From Escherichia phage T5: 64,000 bases of DNA. The translations under genes were made by a program, and so were the position numbers. The notes under the pieces are model-generated. The model was not told where the DNA came from. It saw only the letters and a list, made by a program, of their open reading frames with translations, and made no database searches. Location of the stretch: sequence record AY692264.1. One strand, written 5' to 3'. Within the stretch, counting starts at the first letter, position 1. Each line of letters begins with the position of its first letter. This document shows, one piece after another, positions 57,309 through 64,000 of the stretch.

Positions 57309-58280
57309 ATGACTAATGTAAAAGAATTTATTAAACGCTGTCAAGAAGCATATTATCAAGGCATGTCTTTAATCTCTGATGAAGAATATGATCGCCTGGT
57401 AAAACGCTTCCCGTTAGAGGAAGAGATCGGGCCTAAGGGTGATATTCCACATCTATATCGTATGTATTCTTTACAGAAAGTTTACTATAACCGTGGTGAT
57501 AAACCACCATTCAATCCTTTAGGTCAGGTGGAAACCGATAAGTTAGATGGTTGTGCAATTTCTCTGCTATATATTAACGGCGAATTTGTTCAAGCATTAA
57601 CCCGCGGTAATGGTATTCTGGGGAATGATGTCACAAGCAACGTAAGATTGCTGAACATTCCTAAAAAGATTTCCCAAAAAGTACCTACTCAAATCACTGG
57701 TGAAGTTCTAATTACAAAAGAAGTAGAAAATAAACGTAACTTTGCCTCTGGTGCTATTAACCTCAAAGATAGCGATGATTTCGTACAACGTATCGGGGAA
57801 GGTGGTTTAATCTTCGTTGCATACGGTATCCAGTGTTCTGCTGAATCTGTAGGTATTACAGAAGCATATTTAAAAGATATGCTTTGGCTAGAGAATGAGA
57901 ACTTCTTAACAGTTGTTAATGTGCGTTCCTTCTTTAAATGGATTCCGACGGACGGTAAAGTTGTTCGTATTAATGACAACAACAAATTCTTCCGTGAAGG
58001 CTGGACTAATAAATTCCCTCGTGGAGCATTCGCTATTAAAGAGGATGAAGAAGGCGAGATTACAACTCTTACTAAAGTTGAATGGCAGGTAGGGGCTTCG
58101 GGTAAAGTAACTCCAGTTGGTTATTTTGAACCGGTAATTATTGATGATGCTACAATTGTTAAAGCAACTCTTAATAACGTTGATTATATTAACTCTCTCG
58201 ATCTAGAGATCGGTTGCCAGATTCGAGTGATTCGTGCTGGTGGTGTAATCCCGTGCATAGTAGAGCGAGTATACGATTAA
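57309..58280 (+). CDS. ligA: NAD-dependent DNA ligase, N-terminal (adenylation/OB) subunit
   Basis: 323 aa; KxDG adenylation motif (KLDGCAIS); ORF ends before the zinc-finger/HhH/BRCT part, which is a separate downstream ORF. Confidence 0.8.
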   Translation: MTNVKEFIKRCQEAYYQGMSLISDEEYDRLVKRFPLEEEIGPKGDIPHLYRMYSLQKVYYNRGDKPPFNPLGQVETDKLDGCAISLLYINGEFVQALTRGNGILGNDVTSNVRLLNIPKKISQKVPTQITGEVLITKEVENKRNFASGAINLKDSDDFVQRIGEGGLIFVAYGIQCSAESVGITEAYLKDMLWLENENFLTVVNVRSFFKWIPTDGKVVRINDNNKFFREGWTNKFPRGAFAIKEDEEGEITTLTKVEWQVGASGKVTPVGYFEPVIIDDATIVKATLNNVDYINSLDLEIGCQIRVIRAGGVIPCIVERVYD

Positions 58281-58423
58281 TACATAACCCTTTGCTACCC
58301 ATCTACCATATCGGAATTATAAAGTGGTTATTGACATTTTCGCCGCTTAGGTATATACTATTATCATTCAGTTGAGGGATAGAAAGTTATGGCGAGGGTA
58401 AGCAAAGTTAGTTAAAATTGTAG

Positions 58424-58452
58424 TTGCTAAATGCTTAAATACTTGCTATAAT
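58424..58452 (+). promoter_or_regulatory. T5-type promoter (TTGCTA-17-TATAAT) between the ligase halves
   Basis: TTGCTA 58424-58429, TATAAT 58447-58452. Confidence 0.75.
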
Positions 58453-58479
58453 ATTTATATAAATTGATAAGGAAGAAAT

Positions 58480-59262
58480 TTGATGAAAATCGAAATTCCA
58501 ACACAATGTCCCTCTTGTGGTTCTAAGCTAGATCTTGTCAACGGACAATTATTCTGTCGTAATAAGTCCAACTGTCCAGCGCAATCAAGTAAGTTAATTG
58601 AGAACTTCTGTACAAAAATGAAGTTAAAGGGCTTTGGCCCGAAAACTATTGAGAAGCTGGAGCTGACGAAGATTTCAGAACTATTTTACCTAACCGAAGA
58701 AGATTTGGTTAGAGCCGTGGGTAGCAAGGTTGCCGCTAAGTTAATTAGCGAATTAAATACTAAAGTTCGCGGAGACATTGACTTTGGTTCAGTTCTCGGT
58801 TCTTTAGGAATCCCTCTAATTGGAGAGGTTGCAGCAAAGAAATTATCCCAAAATTGCACTAGCTTTCAAGATGTGAAGGCTGACGGCAAGGCTGGAGAAA
58901 ACTATAAAGCCTGGCTAAATTCCCCACAAGGCAAGGATGTAATCGAATTACCGTGGAAATTCTCAAAGGGTATTAAGGGTGCTAAAGCTGAGGTCATCAT
59001 CACTGATGGTCTAGTAGCCCAGCCAAATGGAATCACGGTGTGTATTACCGGATCTTTGCAAGATTTTGCAAATCGAACGGATGCAACAAACTATTTAGAA
59101 GGTCTAGGATATACGGTTAAGAAATCCGTTACCAAAGACGTCAAATACCTAATCTGTGAGGATGAATCGAAGCGTTCTTCCTCATCTTATAAGAAAGCCG
59201 AAACGAATGGGATAGAAATCCTGTCGATTAAAGAACTATTGGAGAAAAATAATAATGTCTAA
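58480..59262 (+). CDS. ligB: NAD-dependent DNA ligase, C-terminal (zinc-finger/HhH/BRCT) subunit
   Basis: 260 aa; four-Cys zinc finger CPSCGS...CRNKSNCPAQ, HhH-like and C-terminal BRCT-like region. Confidence 0.75.
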   Translation: MMKIEIPTQCPSCGSKLDLVNGQLFCRNKSNCPAQSSKLIENFCTKMKLKGFGPKTIEKLELTKISELFYLTEEDLVRAVGSKVAAKLISELNTKVRGDIDFGSVLGSLGIPLIGEVAAKKLSQNCTSFQDVKADGKAGENYKAWLNSPQGKDVIELPWKFSKGIKGAKAEVIITDGLVAQPNGITVCITGSLQDFANRTDATNYLEGLGYTVKKSVTKDVKYLICEDESKRSSSSYKKAETNGIEILSIKELLEKNNNV

Positions 59263-60022
59263 ACTGAACTGGAACGTAGAAGGTGTAACCGAGTCTCTGA
59301 AAGCAAAAGCCACTGCTCTGGGTGTTGATGTAATCTCTCAAGAACAAGTAGCTGCTATCGCTGCTGAACTGGCTGCTGAAACTGGCAAAGACGTTACCGC
59401 TCGCTCTGTTGGCTCTAAGCTGCGTAAAGAAGGTTTCGAAGTACAGAAAGCTAACGAAGTACAGAAATCCCCGTGGACTCCTGAGCAGGAAGCTGAACTG
59501 GTTGATTTCCTGAACGCTCATGCTGGTCAGTATACTTATGCTGAAATCGCTGCTGCTGTAGCTGGTGGTCAATTTGGTGCTAAGCAGGTACAGGGTAAGA
59601 TCCTGAGTCTGGAAATGACAGCATCTGTTAAGCCGACCGAAAAAGCTGCCGCTGTTCGTTCCTTCACTCCGGATGAAGAAACTGACTTTGTTAATCAGGT
59701 TGTTGCTGGTGCTACTATTGAAGCTATCGCTGCTCACTTCGGTCGCAATATTAAGCAGATCCGTGGTAAAGCTCTGAGTCTGCTTCGTGAAGGTCGTATC
59801 GCGGCTATGCCGGTACAGGAAACTTCAAGTGCTAAAACTCGTGAAGATCTGCTAGAAGGTCTGGATCTGGTTAACATGACCGTTGCTGAGATCGCTGAGA
59901 AAACTGGTAAGTCTGAGCGTGGTGTTAAATCTATGCTGTCTCGTCGTGGTCTGGTTGCTAAGGACTATGATGGTGCCGCTAAGCGTGCTAAACTGGATGC
60001 AAAAGCTGCGGCTGCTGAATAA
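59255..60022 (+). CDS. abundant-type DNA-binding protein (D5-like) with internal repeats
   Basis: 255 aa; strongly biased codon usage (ctg/gct/ggt/aaa); about four ~50-aa repeats. Confidence 0.45.
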   Translation: MSKLNWNVEGVTESLKAKATALGVDVISQEQVAAIAAELAAETGKDVTARSVGSKLRKEGFEVQKANEVQKSPWTPEQEAELVDFLNAHAGQYTYAEIAAAVAGGQFGAKQVQGKILSLEMTASVKPTEKAAAVRSFTPDEETDFVNQVVAGATIEAIAAHFGRNIKQIRGKALSLLREGRIAAMPVQETSSAKTREDLLEGLDLVNMTVAEIAEKTGKSERGVKSMLSRRGLVAKDYDGAAKRAKLDAKAAAAE

Positions 60023-60040
60023 TCTGGTAAATTAAACCTA

Positions 60041-60072
60041 AGGGGAGGGGGCTATGCTCCTTCCCCTTTTTG
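60041..60072 (+). terminator. rho-independent terminator
   Basis: AGGGGAGGGGG-loop-CTCCTTCCCCT hairpin followed by TTTTT. Confidence 0.7.
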
Positions 60073-60105
60073 CATTTAGAAGGCACGAAAGCGTGCAAAG
60101 GAGAA

Positions 60106-61577
60106 TGACCTTGTTTAACGTGCAAGCTGTAGTGTTGAAGATGCTTCTAGCTTCCGAACAGAAGCAAATAGCATTGGAAACATTCTCAAAACTGCATAAA
60201 GATCATTTTAATGACGCTTTCTCCTCAATTTACCAAGCCGTCCAGAATTATTATAAAAAATATAACACAATGCCGTCCATTGACGCACTGATGCTTGAGG
60301 CTAATAGGAACGCCCGCCTTTCTCAAGCTCTAGTCGTTTTAGCTAACACTCAAATTCCAGAAGTTAGCATGGAACAGGCACTTGAAGTCCTAGAGGCCGA
60401 GTATACACAGGATTTATTCCTGAAGCTTCTAGAAACAGACGTGCTTCAAGATTTAACAATGCTGGATCAGGGAGAAATTCTTAACCGAGTTGCCTCCCTT
60501 CACTTAAAATTAGAAGAGAAAGTAACGAATACTGGAAAAGTATTCAACGCAGATAACATGCGTATTTTCCAGAGAGAAGAAGATACCAAACTGAACTTAA
60601 TCGCTCTTGGTATTTGTAATGAGTTCGACGCTCAAATTGGTTTAGCTCGCACAGAAACGTTACTGCTTGGTGGTTGGCGTGGTACTGGTAAATCCATTAT
60701 CTGTTCAAACATACAGGTTCAGCAATATTTGAATGGAGATATTGCTCCATACTTCTCAATTGAGATGAAAGAACATGAAGTATTTAGACGTAATCTAGCC
60801 ATGTTAGCTGGTGTATCAGCACTAGCAATGCGAAATAATACTCTAGAAGGTGCAGCTCTGTTGAGATTAGCCAGAACTAGAGCTAGAATGTTTAACGGTG
60901 GTGAAGAGCTTTTCGATAACTTCGTTAAACAATACACAATGGCTAAGATGAGTGATTTCTACGATATGGAAAGTAAGCTAATAGAAGGATATGAGCTACA
61001 TACTCCTATGATTATTGTTTATGATCCTGAGCTGTCTATTACAACAGTTGACGTAGAATTAAATAAATTAGTTGCTAGATATGGGGATAAAGTTACAGTA
61101 GCTTTACTTGACTATATTAACCAAACCCGACTTCCAGATTCTAAAACCATTGATATGTATGACTGGAAAGAACAGATGGTTGTTAGCTCGTCTTTCAAAT
61201 CCATCTGCCAGAAACATAACGTGGCTGGTGTAGCTCCTTACCAGATTGATCAAGATGGTAGAACACGTATGTCAAAAGGGATTCTTGATTCCGCAGACAT
61301 GGCTGCTAATCTTAATGCTGCAAAAGCTGATAATGGTCAAGGTGCTATTATGTTTGACTTCGTTAAGACCCGTTCTTCTGATAGCGTGAAGTTTATGCCT
61401 AAAATGAACTGGGAAACCCTGCGGATGGATAACACTACCAACCTAGCAATGGAAGATATATCTCAAATGGAAGCTGAGTTCGTTATCCCTATTGAGAAGG
61501 ATAAGCCGGCTCAATCTAAACGTGCTAAGAAAGACAAAGCTGAAAATTCAACAGGTGAACAGGCCAGCGATATATGA
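60106..61577 (+). CDS. replicative DNA helicase (DnaB/RecA-fold)
   Basis: Walker A GGWRGTGKS; start set to MTLFNVQ with AAGGAG RBS (track ORF starts inside the terminator). Confidence 0.7.
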
Positions 61578-62107
61578 TAACACAGGAAAGGCTAAAAGAG
61601 TTATTTGATTACTCCCCAGGAACTGGGGAGTTTACTAGAAAAGTATCTAGAGGTAATCAGAAAGCTGGTAGTATAGTAACCAGAAAAGACTCTAACGGTT
61701 ATATAATTATTGGTATAGATGGCAAGGATTACAAAGCCCATCGGATGGCTTTTCTATTTATGGAAAATACATTACCGGAAAAAGTAGACCATGTAAATAG
61801 AATACCCTTTGATAATAGGTGGTGTAATCTAAGAGATGCCACAGCCCAGGAAAATAGTAGAAATAAAACCGCATGTAGTAAGTCTGGATACTTGGGAGTT
61901 GCTTGGGATATCGAAAAACAAAGATGGAGAGTTCAGGTAAGAGACTCTAATAGCACTCTTAAAAATGGTGGCAGATTTAAGTATGAGGAGCTAGAGCTAG
62001 CTGTAAATTCAGCAAATATACTAAGGACTAAGTTACATGGAGAACGTGCTGTTATAGAAATTTTTGATACATCTAATTATCCTTCACTGGAGGAGTTAAA
62101 TTCATGA
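61574..62107 (+). CDS. HNH homing endonuclease between helicase and primase
   Basis: 177 aa; paralog of 25638-26150 and 41331-41855. Confidence 0.7.
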   Translation: MITQERLKELFDYSPGTGEFTRKVSRGNQKAGSIVTRKDSNGYIIIGIDGKDYKAHRMAFLFMENTLPEKVDHVNRIPFDNRWCNLRDATAQENSRNKTACSKSGYLGVAWDIEKQRWRVQVRDSNSTLKNGGRFKYEELELAVNSANILRTKLHGERAVIEIFDTSNYPSLEELNS

Positions 62108-62994
62108 GTCGAATAACAGAATTACTTGATCTTAAGGGAATTGAGTATAAAGATACTGGTGGAGATATTTTAATCTGTTGTCTCAATCCAGATCATGACG
62201 ATAAACACCCAAGTTTGCGTATTGACCCTGAAACAGGTATTATGCACTGCTTGAGTTGTGGCTTCGGTAAAGGTATACCGAGCATTTACCATTATTTTAA
62301 TGAGACTCAGTACCGACAGTCCCCAAGGCTATCGCAAGTACGTAAAAAGATTTCAGAGATTAGGAATGGATCAACGAATCTTGCAATTCCTGAATCTGCT
62401 TACCTTTTCGAAGGTGATTTCCGAGGTATAAGTTCTAAGACCTTGAAGAAATATTTTGCTTTCCAACACCAAGCAGACTGGGAAGGCAGAATTGTATTCC
62501 CAATCACAGATGCTGTTGGACGCAATATCCTATTTTTGGGTCGTTCTATAAACAGTTCTGCCCCTCCTAAATACTTAGTAAAACCAAAACAAGTTTCACC
62601 ACCAATTTTTCCTGTACGATATAATACTCCGGTTCTTATTCTAGTTGAAGGCATCTTTGATATGCTGAACCTAGAGGATAATGGTATAGACTATGCTTCT
62701 TGCTGCTTTGGTACACATCAGTTTACTTCGGATAACATTGCAGATAAGTTCAGTCCTTATATTATTGCCGGTGTAAAAATTGTTGTTATCTTACTAGATA
62801 ATGATGCTTCTGGTAATAAAGCTGCACAAGCATTGGCCAAGCTAATTCGTACAAAAACGCGTTTAACACCTGTAGTTGCTAACTTTCTTCTGCCTGAAGG
62901 TAAAGACCCGGGTGACTTAAATAAAGAAGAGATTGATACGTTAGCAAAACGTATTGAAATTTTAGTTGCTGAATCGCTTAAAGATTTGGTATAA
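62104..62994 (+). CDS. DNA primase (zinc finger plus Toprim)
   Basis: 296 aa; N-terminal Cys/His zinc-binding region, Toprim-like acidic motifs (LVEGIFDM, LDNDASG). Confidence 0.75.
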   Translation: MSRITELLDLKGIEYKDTGGDILICCLNPDHDDKHPSLRIDPETGIMHCLSCGFGKGIPSIYHYFNETQYRQSPRLSQVRKKISEIRNGSTNLAIPESAYLFEGDFRGISSKTLKKYFAFQHQADWEGRIVFPITDAVGRNILFLGRSINSSAPPKYLVKPKQVSPPIFPVRYNTPVLILVEGIFDMLNLEDNGIDYASCCFGTHQFTSDNIADKFSPYIIAGVKIVVILLDNDASGNKAAQALAKLIRTKTRLTPVVANFLLPEGKDPGDLNKEEIDTLAKRIEILVAESLKDLV

Positions 62995-63056
62995 TATATT
63001 GGTAAGTTAGAGAAGAAACACTGAAGTTATACTTACTTACCAAGAGGAGATTAAAT

Positions 63057-64000
63057 TTGAAAATCGCAGTAGTTGATAAAGCTCTAAACAACACTCGTTA
63101 TGATAAACATTTCCAGCTATACGGCGAGGAAGTTGATGTATTCCATATGTGTAACGAGAAGTTGTCCGGTCGTTTGCTCAAAAAGCATATTACTATCGGA
63201 ACTCCGGAAAACCCATTTGACCCGAATGATTATGATTTTGTTATACTGGTAGGTGCCGAACCTTTCCTGTACTTTGCAGGTAAGAAAGGTATTGGTGATT
63301 ATACCGGTAAACGTGTAGAGTATAATGGATATGCTAACTGGATTGCGAGTATCAGCCCAGCCCAGTTACACTTTAAACCTGAAATGAAACCAGTTTTTGA
63401 TGCAACAGTAGAGAATATCCACGATATTATCAATGGTCGTGAGAAGATTGCAAAAGCTGGTGATTACCGTCCTATTACTGACCCTGATGAGGCTGAAGAA
63501 TATATCAAGATGGTGTATAATATGGTTATCGGACCCGTCGCATTCGACTCCGAAACCTCAGCACTATACTGTCGAGATGGTTATCTGCTTGGTGTTTCTA
63601 TTTCTCACCAAGAGTATCAGGGTGTATATATCGATTCTGATTGTCTCACAGAGGTTGCAGTATATTATCTCCAGAAAATTCTGGATAGTGAAAACCACAC
63701 TATTGTTTTTCACAACTTGAAGTTTGATATGCACTTTTATAAGTACCATCTGGGACTTACTTTTGATAAAGCACATAAAGAACGCAGGCTCCATGATACC
63801 ATGTTGCAGCACTATGTTTTAGATGAACGTCGTGGTACTCATGGCTTGAAATCTCTAGCAATGAAGTATACCGATATGGGTGACTATGACTTCGAACTAG
63901 ATAAGTTCAAAGATGATTACTGTAAAGCACATAAAATCAAGAAAGAAGATTTCACCTATGATTTAATTCCGTTTGATATTATGTGGCCATATGCTGCGAA
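63057..64000 (+). CDS. DNA polymerase (family A), N-terminal part with 3'-5' exonuclease domain; truncated by window end
   Basis: open frame to window end from TTG at 63057 after AGGAGA RBS; Exo I motif FDSETSAL; not in ORF track because no stop in window. Confidence 0.7.
   Translation, partial: MKIAVVDKALNNTRYDKHFQLYGEEVDVFHMCNEKLSGRLLKKHITIGTPENPFDPNDYDFVILVGAEPFLYFAGKKGIGDYTGKRVEYNGYANWIASISPAQLHFKPEMKPVFDATVENIHDIINGREKIAKAGDYRPITDPDEAEEYIKMVYNMVIGPVAFDSETSALYCRDGYLLGVSISHQEYQGVYIDSDCLTEVAVYYLQKILDSENHTIVFHNLKFDMHFYKYHLGLTFDKAHKERRLHDTMLQHYVLDERRGTHGLKSLAMKYTDMGDYDFELDKFKDDYCKAHKIKKEDFTYDLIPFDIMWPYAA

Noticed and set aside
1-64000. Prophage or integrase/attachment signals
   Set aside because: No integrase, repressor or att-like tRNA-adjacent features; gene content matches a virulent T5-like phage.

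Overview
The window reads as the left ~64 kb of a T5-like virulent siphophage genome (Tequintavirus-like), called from gene content and order only; no database search was possible. Layout: (1) 1-5.9 kb, minus-strand pre-early module with a HAD-type dmp-like deoxynucleotidase, the 556-aa metallophosphatase A1 and the 135-aa A2; (2) 6-10.9 kb, a small plus-strand module bracketed by inverted DnaA-box repeats, followed by ~1.5 kb of noncoding DNA full of iterated motifs, likely the terminal-repeat / injection-stop region; (3) 10.9-45.4 kb, a long minus-strand early region with many small ORFs, two phosphatases, a lysis cluster, a ClpP-like protease, dNMP kinase, at least 17 tRNA genes interleaved with HNH endonucleases, RNase H and thyA-frd-nrdB-nrdA-phoH; (4) a divergent promoter switch at ~45.5 kb into a plus-strand module with nrdD, a Sir2-like protein, a large Walker A/B helicase-like protein, a split NAD-dependent ligase, a DnaB-like helicase, primase and the start of the DNA polymerase. 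At least 23 near-consensus sigma70 promoters (TTGCTT/TTGCTA, 17 bp, TATAAT) are visible. Coordinates of tRNAs, promoters and terminators were placed by hand and may be off by 1-2 nt; anticodons were read from manual cloverleaf folding. The most unusual items are the iterated 14-bp motif array with the DnaA-box inverted repeats, an ORF-free promoter-driven segment upstream of the helicase-like gene, unassigned structured segments in the tRNA cluster, and the Sir2-like / HAD / paralog cluster.
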